From Heptranchias perlo (lineage: Eukaryota), in assembly GCF_035084215.1 (NCBI RefSeq), contig NW_027139284.1:62001-126000 (forward strand): DNA of 64,000 nucleotides. Reading direction: 5' to 3'. The notes under the pieces were generated by a model that did no database searches, was not told where the DNA came from, and saw nothing but the letters and a program-made list of their open reading frames with translations. Below are positions 50,401 through 62,400 of this stretch, piece by piece; the first letter of the stretch is position 1, and each line of letters begins with the position of its first letter. The position numbers and the translations under genes were made by a program.

Positions 50401-53400
50401 CTGGGTGGGATATTAAAGGGGACAGGGAGTGAGGGGGAGAGTGGGATTAGACTGGGTGGGATATTAAAGGGTACAGGGAGTGAGGGGGAGAGTGGGATTA
50501 GACTGGGTGGGATATTAAAGGGTACGGGGAGTGAGGGGAGAGTGGGATTAGACTGGGTGGGATATTAAAGGGTACGGGGAGTGAGGGGAGAGAGGGATTA
50601 GACTGGGTGGGATATTAAAGGGTACGGGGAGTGAGGGGGAGAGTGGGATTAGACTGGGTGGGATATTAAAGGGTACGGGGAGTGAGGGGGAGAGTGGGAT
50701 TAGACTGGGTGGGATATTAAAGGGAACGGTGAGTGAGGGGGAGAGTGGGATTAGACTGGGTGGGATATTAAAGGGTACGGGGAGTGAGGGGGAGAGTGGG
50801 ATTAGACTGGGTGGGATATTAAAGGGTACGGGGAGTGAGGGGGAGAGTGGGATTAGACTGAGTGGGATATTAAAGGGTACGGGGAGTGAGGGGGAGAGTG
50901 GGATTAGACTGGGTGGGATATTAAAGGGTACGGGGAGTGAGGGGGAGAGTGGGATTAGACTGGGTGGGATATTAAAGGGTACGGGGAGTGAGGTGGAGAG
51001 TGGGATTAGACTGGGTGGGATATTAAAGGGTACGGGGAGTGAGGGGGAGAGTGGGATTAGACTGGGTGGGATATTAAAGGGTACGGGGAGTGAGGGGGAG
51101 AGTGGGATTAGACTGGGTGGGATATTAAAGGGTATGGGGAGTGAGGGGAGAGTGGGATTAGACTGGGTGGGATATTAAAGGATATGGGGAGTGAGGTGGA
51201 GAGTGGATTTAGACTGGGTGGGATATTAAAGGGTACGGGGAGTGAGGGGGAGAGTGGGATGATACTGGGTGGGATATTAAAGGGTACGGGGAGTGAGGGG
51301 GAGAGTGGGATTAGACTGGGTGGGATATTAAAGGGTACGGGGAGTGAGGGGGAGAGTGGGATTAGACTGGGTGGGATATTAAAGGGTACGGGGAGTGAGG
51401 GGAGAGTGGGATTAGACTGGGTGGGATATTAAAGGGTACGGGGAGTGAGGGGGAGAGTGGGATTAGACTGGGTGGGATATTAAAGGGTACGGGGAGTGAG
51501 GGGGAGAGTGGGATTAGACTGGGTGGGATATTAAAGGGTATGGGGAGTGAGGGGGAGAGTGGGATTAGACTGGGTGGGATATTAAAGGGTACGGGGAGTG
51601 AGGGGGAGAGTGGGATTAGACTGGGTGGGATATTAAAGGGTACGGGGAGTGAGGGGAGAGTGGGATTAGACTGGGTGGGATATTAAAGGGTACGGGGAGT
51701 GAGGGGAGAGTGGGATTAGACTGGGTGGGATATTAAAGGGTATGGGGAGTGAGGGGGAGAGAGGGATTAGACTGAGTGGGATATTAAAGGGTACGGGGAG
51801 TGAGGGGGAGAGTGGGATTAGACTGGGTGGGATATTAAAGGGTACGGGGAGTGAGGGGGAGAGTGGGATTAGACTGGGTGGGATATTAAAGGGTACGGGG
51901 AGTGAGGGGAGAGTGGGATTAGACTGGGTGGGATATTAAAGGGTACGGGGAGTGAGGGGGAGAGTGGGATTAGACTGGGTGGGATATTAAAGGGTACGGG
52001 GAGTGAGGGGGAGAGTGGGATTAGACTGGGTGGGATATTAAAGGGTACAGGGAGTGAGGGGGAGAGTGGGATTAGACTGGGTGGGATATTAAAGGGTACG
52101 GGGAGTGAGGGGGAGAGTGGGATTAGACTGGGTGGGATATTAAAGGGTACGGGGAGTGAGGGGGAGAGTGGGATTTGACTGGGTGGGATATTAAAGGGTA
52201 CGGGGAGTGAGGGGGAGAGTGGGATTTGACTGGGTGGGATATTAAAGGGAACGGGGAGTGAGGGGGAGAGTGGGATTAGACTGGGTGGGATATTAAAGGG
52301 TACGGGGAGTGAGGGGGAGAGTGGGATTAGACTGGGTGGGATATTAAAGGGGACGGGGAGTGAGGGGGAGAGTGGGATTAGACTGGGTGGGATATTAAAG
52401 GGTACGGGGAGTGAGGGGGAGAGTGGGATTAGACTGGGTGGGATATTAAAGGGTACGGGGAGTGAGGGGGAGAGTGGGATTAGACTGGGTGGGATATTAA
52501 AGGGTACGGGGAGTGAGGGGGAGAGTGGGATTAGACTGGGTGGGATATTAAAGGGGACGGGGAGTGAGGGGGAGAGTGGGATTAGACTGGGTGGGATATT
52601 AAAGGGTACGGGGAGTGAGGGGAGAGTGGGATTAGACTGGGTGGGATATTAAAGGGTACGGGGAGTGAGGGGAAGAGTGGGATTAGACTGGGTGGGATAT
52701 TAAAGGGTACGGGGAGTGAGGGGAGAGTGGGATTAGACTGGGTGGGATATTAAAGGGTACGGTGAGTGAGGGGAGAGTGGGATTAGACTGGGTGGGATAT
52801 TAAAGGGTACGGGGAGTGAGGGGGAGAGTGGGATTAGACTGGGTGGGATATTAAAGGGTACGGGGAGTGAGGGGGAGAGTGGGATTAGACTGGGTGGGAT
52901 ATTAAAGGGTACGGGGAGTGAGGGGAGAGTGGGATTAGACTGGGTGGGATATTAAAGGGTACGGGGAGTGAGGGGAGAGTGGGATTAGACTGGGTGGGAT
53001 ATTAAAGGGTATGGGGAGTGAGGGGGAGAGTGGGATTAGACTGGGTGGGATATTAAAGGGTAGGGGGAGTGAGGGGGAGAGTGGGATTAGACTGGGTGGG
53101 ATATTAAAGGGGACGGGGAGTGAGGGGGAGAGTGGGATTAGACTGGGGGGGATATTAAAGGGTACGGGGAGTGAGGGGGAGAGTGGGATTAGACCGGGTG
53201 GGATATTAAAGAGTACGGGGAGTGAGGGGGAGAGTGGGATTAGACTGGGTGTGATATTAAAGGGTATGGGGAGTGAGGGGGAGAGTGGGATTAGACTGGG
53301 TGGGATATTAAAGGGTACGGGGAGTGAGGGGGAGAGTGGGATTAGACTGGGTGGGCTATTAAAGGGTACGGGGAGTGAGGGGAAGAGTGGGATTAGACTG

Positions 53401-56400
53401 GGTGGGATATTAAAGGGTACGGGGAGTGAGGGGGAGAGTGGGATTAGACTGGGTGGGATATTAAAGGGGACGGGGAGTGAGGGGAGAGTGGGATTGGACT
53501 GGGTGGGATATTAAAGGGTACGGGGAGTGAGGGGGAGAGTGGGATTAGACTGGGTGGGATATTAAAGGGTATGGGGAGTGAGGGGGAGAGTGGGATTAGA
53601 CTGGGTGGGATATTAAAGGGTACGGGGAGTGAGGGGAAGAGTGGGATTAGACTGGGTGGGATATTAAAGGGGACGGGGAGTGAGGGGGAGAGTGGGATTA
53701 GACTGGGTGGGATATTAAAGGGTACGGGGAGTGAGGGGGAGAGTGGGATTAGACTGGGTGGGATATTAAAGGGTACGGGGAGTGAGGGGGAGAGTGGGAT
53801 TAGACTGGGTGGGATATTAAAGGGTACGGAGAGTGAGGGGAGAGTGGGATTAGACTGGGTGGGATATTAAAGGGTACGGGGAGTGAGGGGGAGAGTGGGA
53901 TTAGACTGGGTGGGATATTAAAGGGTACGGGGAGTGAGGGGAGAGTGGGATTAGACTGGGTGGGATATTAAAGGGTACGGGGAGTGAGGGGGAGAGTGGG
54001 ATTAGACTGGGTGGGATATTAAAGGGTACGGGGAGTGAGGGGGAGAGTGGGATTAGACTGGGTGGGATATTAAAGGGTACGGGGAGTGAGGGGGAGAGTG
54101 GGATTAGACTGGGTGGGATATTAAAGGGTACGGGGAGTGAGGGGAGAGTGGGATTTGACTGAGTGGGATATTAAAGGGTACGGGGAGTGAGGGGAGAGTG
54201 GGATTAGACTGGGTGGGATATTAAAGGATATGGGGAGTGAGGGGGAGAGTGGGATTAGACCGAGTGGGATATTAAAGGGTACGGGGAGTGAGGGGGAGAG
54301 TGGGATTAGACTGGGTGGGATATTAAAGGGAACGGGGAGTGAGGGGGAGAGTGGGATTAGACTGGGTGGGATATTAAATGGTACGGGGAGTGAGGGGGAG
54401 AGTGGGATTAGACTGGGTGGGATATTAAAGGGTACGGTGAGTGAGGGGGAGAGTGGGATTAGACTGGGTGGGATATTAAAGGGTACGGGGAGTGAGGGGA
54501 GAGTGGGATTAGACTGGGTGGGATATTAAAGGGTACGGTGAGTGAGGGGAGAGTGGGATTAGACTGGGTTGGATATTAACGGGTATGGGGAGTGAGGGGG
54601 AGAGTGGGATTAGACTGGGTGGGATATTAAAGGGTACAGGGAGTGAGGGGGAGAGTGGGATTTGACTGGGTGGGATATTAAAAGGTATGGGGAGTGAGGG
54701 GGAGAGTGGGATTAGACTGGGTGGGATATTCAAGGGTATGGGGAGTGAGGAGGAGAGTGGGATTAGACTGGGTGGGATATTAAAGGGTATGGGGAGTGAG
54801 GGGGAGAGTGGGATTTGACCCCATTATCCTGAGACTATGTCCCCTAGTTCCAGACTCTCCAGCCAGGGGAAACAGCCTCTCAGCATCTACCCTGTGAAGC
54901 CCCCTCAGAATCTGATATGTTTCAATGAGATCACCTCTCATTCTTCTAAACTCCAGAGAGTATCGGCCCATTCTACTCAATCTCTCCTCATGGGACAACC
55001 CTCTCATCCCAGGAATCAATCAGGTGAACCTTCATTGCACCCCCTCTAAGGCAAGTCTATCCTTCCTTAGATAAGGAGAGCAAAACTGTACACAGTACTC
55101 CAGGTGAGGTCTCACCAAATCCCTGTACAATTGTAGTAAGACTTCCTTACTCTTGGACTCCAACCTCCTTGTAATAAAGGCCAACATACCATTTGCTTTC
55201 CGAATTACTTGCTGTACCTGCATGTTAACTTTCTGTGTTTCGTGTCCCAGGACACCCAAATCCCTCTGAACACCAACATTTAATAGTTTCTCACCATTTA
55301 CAAAATATTCTGTTTTTCTCTTCTTCCTACCAAAGTGAATAACCTCACATTTCCCCACATTATACTCCATCTGCCACCTTCTTGCCCACTCACTTCACCT
55401 GTCCATATCCCTTTGCAGACTCTTTGTGTCCTCCTCACAGCTTACTTTCCCACCGAGCTTTGTATCATCAGCAAACTTGGATACATTAAACTCGGTCCCT
55501 TCATCTCAGTCATTAATATATTGCAGATTCTTAATTTTAATATCTGTAAAGTGTCTCAGATGTTGAGAAATGTTTAATGAAGTTATTACATTTATTCATG
55601 ACTTCCTGACCTGCCCTAACCCTGTTTGCAGCGGGACGTGGGAGGGAGAAGAGGATGAGACCAAGAGGCCACACTCGATATGGACAGCCCAGCGATGAAT
55701 TGGGGCCTGTGACGGGACTCTCACCTGAGCAGGTAACTCCAGCGTCCTGACTGTGTGTGCAGTTATTCACCCCCCATGGGTTGGCCGGGCACTGATCGAG
55801 GGCAGGCTCTGTCCCCTGACACCTCACATCATCCAACCAGATCTCCCCGCTCCCCTCTCCGAAATAGGCCGCTGTGGTTCCTGACAGGGCCGTCCCACAG
55901 TTCAACAGTCTGCAGACGACACCTGCTCCTTTAATGTCCCAGCCATTGTCGCAGACGGTCCCCCAGACGGAGTTACGATAGACCTCGACTCTCCCGGAGC
56001 ACATGTTGTTCCCGTTCACCAGACGCACGGGCACCGGACCTGGAATAGAGACGGGAACAACTTTCACTGGGGTCATCGTCTGGACCTGGAATAGAGACGG
56101 GAACACGGTCAGACTGGTCTGGGATTACGGGGACTTTCACTGGGGACATCGTCTGGACCTGGATCACTGGGGACATCGTCTGGACCTGGAATAGAGACGG
56201 GAACACGGTCAGACTGGTCTGGGATTACGGGGACTTTCACTGGGGTCATCGTCTGGACCTGGAATAGAGACGGGAACACGGTCAGACTGGTCTGGGATTA
56301 CGGGGACTTTCACTGGGGTCATCGTCTGGACCGGGAATAGAGACGGGAACACGGTTAATCCCACTGCCCCACTCTCGCCCCATAGCCCGGGATCAATCTC

Positions 56401-59400
56401 AAACTAATCCCACTGCCCCACTCTCTCCCCATTGTCCTGTATTAATCCAAAACTAATCCCACTATCCCACTCTCTCCCCATAGCCCTGTATCAATCCCAA
56501 ACCAATCCCACTGCCCCACTCTCGACCCGTAGCCCTGTATTAATCCAAAACTTATCCCACTCTCTCCCCACAGTCCTGCATCAATCCCAATCTAATCCCA
56601 CTGCCCCGCTCTCTTCCCATAATCCAGTATCAATCCCCAAACTGATCCCACTGCCCCACTGTCTCCCCATAGCCCTGTAGCAATCCCAAACTAATCCCAC
56701 TGCCCCACTGTCTCCCCAAAGTCCTGTATCAATCCCAAACTAATCCCACTGCCCCGCTCTCTCCGCATAGCCCTGTATCAATCCCCAAACTAATCCCACT
56801 GCCCCACTCTCTCCCCATAGCCCTGTATCAATCCCAAACTAATCCCACTGCCCCACTCTCTCCCCATAGCCCTGTATCAATCCCCAAACTAATCCCACTG
56901 TCCCACACTCTCCCCATAGCCCTGTATCAATCCCAAACTAATCCCACTGCCCCACTCTCTCCCCATAGCCCTGTATCAATCCCAAACTAATCCCACTGCC
57001 CCACTCTCTCCCCATAGTCCTATATCAATCCCAAACTAATCCCACTGCCCCACTCTCTCCCCATAGCCCTGTATCAATCCCCAAACTAATCCCACTGCCC
57101 CACTCTCTCCCCATAGCCCTGTATCAATCCCCAAACTAATCCCACTGCCCCACTTTCTCACCGTAGTCCTGTATCAATCCCAAACTAATCCCACTGCCCC
57201 ACTCTCTCCCCATAGTCCTATATCAATCCCAAACTAATCCCACTGCCCCGCTCTCTCCCCATCGCCCTGTATCAATCCCAAACTAATCCCACTGTCCCGC
57301 TCTCTCCCCATAGCCCTGTATCAATCCGAAACTAATCCCACTGTCCCGCTCTCTCCCCACAGCCCTGTATCAATCCCAAACTAATCCCACTGCCCCACAC
57401 TCTCCCCATAGCCCTGTATCAATCCCAAACTAATCCCACTGTCCCGCTCTCTCCCCATAGCCCTGTATCAATCTGAAACTAATCCCACTGCCCCACTCTT
57501 TCCACATAGCCCGGTATCAATCCCAAACTAATCCCACTGGCCCACTCTCTCACCGTAGCCCTGTATCAATCCCAATCTAATCCCACTGCCCCGCTCTCTT
57601 CCCATAATCCTGTATCAATCCCCAAACTAATCCCACTGCCCCACTTTCTCACCGTCGTCCTGTATCAATCCCAAACGAATCCCACTGCCCCACTGTCTCC
57701 CCATAGCCCTGTATCAATCCCAAACTAATCCCACTTCCCCACTGTCTCCCCATAGTCCTGTATCAATCCCAAACTAATCCCACTGCCCCGCTCTCTCCCG
57801 AAAGTCCTGTATCAATCCCAAACTAATCCTACTGCCTCGGTCTCTCCTCATAGCCCTGTATCAATCCCAAACTAATCCCACTGCCCCGCTCTCTCCCGAT
57901 AGTCCTGTATCAATCCCCAAAATAATCCCACTGCCCCGCTCTCTCCCCAAAGCCCTGTATCAATCCCATGCTAATCCCACTGCCCCACTCTCTCCCCAAA
58001 GCCCTGTATCAATCCCATGCTAATCCCACTGCCCCACTCTCTCCCCATAGCCCTGTGTCAATCGCAATCTAATCCCACTGCCCCACTCTCTCCCCATTGT
58101 CCTGGGCTTTGTTTGCAGGAATCTCTCTGATCACAGTGACACATTGTGAAAGACCCAATAGACACACGGAGCAGGTAACTCCACTCACCTGAGCAGGTAA
58201 CTCCACTCACCTGAGCAGGTAACTCCACTCAGCTGAGCAGGTAACCCCACTCACCTGAGCAGGTAACTCCACTCACCTGAGCAGGTAACTCCACTCACCT
58301 GAGCAGGTAACCCCACTCACCTGAGCAGGTAACTCCACTCACCTGAGCAGGTAACCCCACTATCCTGAGCAGGTAACCCCACTCACCTGAGCAGGTAACC
58401 CCACTCACCTGAGCAGGTAACTCCACTCACCTGAGCAGGTAACCCCACTATCCTGAGCAGGTAACCCCACTCACCTGAGCAGGTAACTCCAGCGTCCTGC
58501 CTGTGTGTGCAGTTATTCACCCCCCCTGGGTTGGCAGGGCACTGATCGAGGGCAGGCTCTGTCCCGTTACACCTCACATCATCCAACCAGATGGGCCCAG
58601 TCCCCTCTCCATAGTCAGCGGCTCTTGTTGCTGACAGGGCCGTCCCACAGTTCAACAGTCTGCAGACGACACTCGCTGCGTTTATGTCCCAGCCATTGTC
58701 ACAGACGGTCCCCCAGACGGAGTTACGATGGACCTCAACTCTCCCGGAGCACATGTTGTTCCCGTTCACCAGACGCACGGGCACCGGACCTGGAATAGAG
58801 ACAGGAACACGGTTAGACTGTTCTGGGATTACGGGGACTTTCACTGGGCTCATCGTCTGGACCTGGAATAGAGACGGGAACACAGTTAGACTGGTCTGGG
58901 ATTACGGGGACTTTCACTGGGGTCATCGTCTGGACCGGGAATAGAGACGGGAACACGGTCAGACTGGTCTGGGATTACGGGGACTTTCACTGGGGTCATC
59001 GTCTGGACCTGGAATAGAGACGGGAACACGGTTAGACTGGTCTGGGATTACGGGGACTTTCACTGGGGTCATCGTCTGGACCTGGAATAGAGACGGGAAC
59101 ACGGTTAGACTGGTCTGGGACTATCTGCAGAAACAGATCGTCCCATGTCGATGGCAAATCTGCTGAGGAACAGGGGGCGGGCGGCAGGAATGAGGAAGAA
59201 GTCAGTTTATGAGGCAACTCAAGGAACAGGGCTGGAACCAGTTTCAGTCCGACCCAGGAGAGAGGGGGGGAGAGGTTTAGGGAGGGAATTACAGAGCTTA
59301 GGGTCCAGGCAGCTGAAGGCACGGCCGCCAATGGTGGAGCGATTAAAATCGGGGGATGGACAAGAGGCCAGAATTGGAGGGGAGCAGAGATCTCGGAGGG

Positions 59401-62400
59401 TTGTCGGGCTGGAGGAGGTTACAGAGATAGGGAGGGGACGAGGGCCATGGAGGAATTTGAACAGGAGGATGAGGATTGTAGGGCTGGAAGAGGTGACAGA
59501 GATAGGGAGGGGGGGCGAGTTTGGATACGGGGGGTGAGGGGTGAACGGGACTCGGTGTGAATTAGGATACGGGGGGGTGAGGGGTGAACGGGACTCGGTG
59601 TGAATTAGCATACGGGGGGTGAGGGGTGAACGGGACTCGGTGTGAGTTAGGATACGGGGGGGTGAGGGGTGAACGGGACTCGGTGTGAGTTAGGATACGG
59701 GGGGGAGGGGGGTGAACGGGACTCGGTGTGAGTTAGGATACGGGGGGGAGGGGGGTGAACGGGACTCGGTGTGAGTTAGGATACGCGGGGGTGAGGGGTG
59801 AACGGGACTCGGTGTGAGTTAGGATATGGGAGGTTGAGGGGTGAACGGGACTCGGTGTGAGTTAGGATACGGGGGGTGAGGGGTGAACGGGACTCGGTGT
59901 GAGTTAGGATACGGGGGGGTGAGGGGTGAACGGGACTCGGTGTGAGTTAGGATACGGGGGGGTGAGGGGTGAACGGGACTCGGTGTGAGTCAGGATACGG
60001 GGGGTGAGGGGTGAACGGGACTCGGTGTGAGTTAGGATACGGGGGGGTGAGGGGTGAACGGGACTCGGTGTGAGTTAGGATACGGGGGGGGGGTGAGGGG
60101 TGAACGAGACTCGGTGTGAGTTCGGATACGGGGGGGGGTGAGGGGTGAACGGGACTCGGTGTGAGTTAGGATACGGGGGGTGAGGGGTGAACGGGACTCG
60201 GTGTGAGTTAGGATACGGGGGGGGTGAGGGGTGAACGGGACTCGGTGTGAGTTAGGATACGGGGGGGTGAGGGGTGAACGGGACTCGGTGTGAGTTAGGA
60301 TACGGGGGGTGAGGGGTGAACGGGACTCGGTGTGAGTTAGGATACGGGGGGGTGAGGGGTGAACGGGACTCGGTGTGAGTTAGGATACGGGGGGGTGAGG
60401 GGTGAACGGGACTCGGTGTGAGTTAGGATACGGGGAGGGTGAGGGGTGAACGGGACTCGGTGTGAGTTAGGATACGGGGGGTGAGGGGTGAACGGGACTC
60501 GGTGTGAGTTAGGATACGGGGGGTGAGGGGTGAACGGGACTCGGTGTGAGTTAGGATACGGGGGGTGAGGGGTGAACGGGACTCGGTGTGAGTTAGGATA
60601 CGGGGGGTGAGGGGTGAACGGGACTCGGTGTGAGTTAGGATACGTGGGGGTGAGGGGTGAACGGGACTCGGTGTGAGTTAGGATACGGGGGGTGAGGGGT
60701 GAACGGGACTCGGTGTGAGTGAGGATACGGGGGGGGTGAGGGGTGAACGGGACTCGGTGTGAGTTAGGATACGGGGGGGTGAGGGGTGAACGGGACTCGG
60801 TGTGAGTTAGGATACGGGGGGTGAGGGGTGAACGGGACTCGGTGTGAGTTAGGATACGGGGGGGGTGAGGGGTGAACGGGACTCGGTGTGAGTTAGGATA
60901 CGGGGGGGTGAGGGGTGAACGGGACTCGGTGTGAGTTAGGATACGGGGGGTGAGGGGTGAACGGGACTCGGTGTGAGTTAGCATACGGGGGGAGGTGAGG
61001 GGTGAACGGGACTCGGTGTGAGTTAGGATACGGGGGGTGAGGGGTGAACGGGACTCGGTGTGAGTTAGGATACGGAGGGGTGAGGGGTGAACGGGACTCG
61101 GTGTGAGTTAGGATACGGGGGGGTGAGGGGTGAACGGGACTCGGTGTGAGTTAGGATACGGGGGGGTGAGGGGTGAACGGGACTCGGTGTGAGTTAGGAT
61201 ACGGGGGGGTGAGGGGTGAACGGGACTCGGTGTGAGTTAGGATACGGGGGGGTGAGGGGTGAACGGGACTCGGTGTGAGTTAGGATACGGGGGGGTGAGG
61301 GGTGAACGGGACTCGGTGTGAGTTAGGATACGGGGGGGTGAGGGGTGAACGGGACTCGGTGTGAGTTAGGATACGGGGGGTGAGGGGTGAACGGGACTCG
61401 GTGTGAGTTAGGATACGGGGGGGGTGAGGGGTGAACGGGACTCGGTGTGAGTTAGGATACGGGGGGGTGAGGGGTGAACGGGACTCGGTGTGAGTTAGGA
61501 TACGGGGGGGGTGAGGGGTGAACGGGACTCGGTGTGAGTTCGGATACGGGGGGTGAGGGGTGAACGGGACTCGGTGTGAGTTAGGATACGGGGGGGGTGA
61601 GGGGTGAACGGGACTCGGTGTGAGTTAGGATACGGGGGGGTGAGGGGTGAACGGGACTCGGTGTGAGTTAGGATACGGGGGGGGTAAGGGGTGAACGGGA
61701 CTCGGTGTGAGTTCGGATACGGGGGGGGGGGTGAGGGGTGAACGGGACTCGGTGTGAGTTAGGATACGGGGGTGAGGGGTGAACGGGACTCGGTGTGAGT
61801 TAGGATACGGGGGTGAGGGGTGAACGGGACTCGGTGTGAGTTAGGATACGGGGGGGTGAGGGGTGAACGGGACTCGGTGTGAGTTAGGATACGGGGGGCT
61901 GAGGGGTGAACGGGACTCGGTGTGAGTTAGGATACGGGGGGGGTGAGGGGTGAACGGGACTCGGTGTGAGTTAGGATACGGGGGGGTGAGGGGTGAACGG
62001 GACTCGGTGTGAGTTAGGATACGGGGGGGGTGAGGGGTGAACGGGACTCGGTGTGAGTTCGGATACGGGGGGTGAGGGGTGAACGGGACTCGGTGTGAGT
62101 TCGGATACGGGGGGTGAGGGGTGAACGGGACTCGGTGTGAGTTCGGATACGGGGGGGGGGGTGAGGGGTGAACGGGACTCGGTGTGAGTTAGGATACGGG
62201 GGTGAGGGGTGAACGGGACTCGGTGTGAGTTAGGATACGGGGGGTGAGGGGTGAACGGGACTCGGTGTGAGTTAGGATACGGGGGTGAGGGGTGAACGGG
62301 ACTCGGTGTGAGTTAGGATACGGGGGGGGTGAGGGGTGAACGGGACTCGGTGTGAGTTAGGATACGGGGGTGAGGGGTGAACGGGACTCGGTGTGAGTTA

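Noticed and set aside
48186-54529. Gly-rich repeat protein [17 protein letters not shown]
   Set aside because: Translation of a 51-bp satellite, frequently frameshifted by 50-bp units.
9011-58798. Recurrent plus-strand ORFs ([11 protein letters not shown]..., [11 protein letters not shown]...)
   Set aside because: Antisense shadows of the repeated SRCR exon and the 73-bp repeat.
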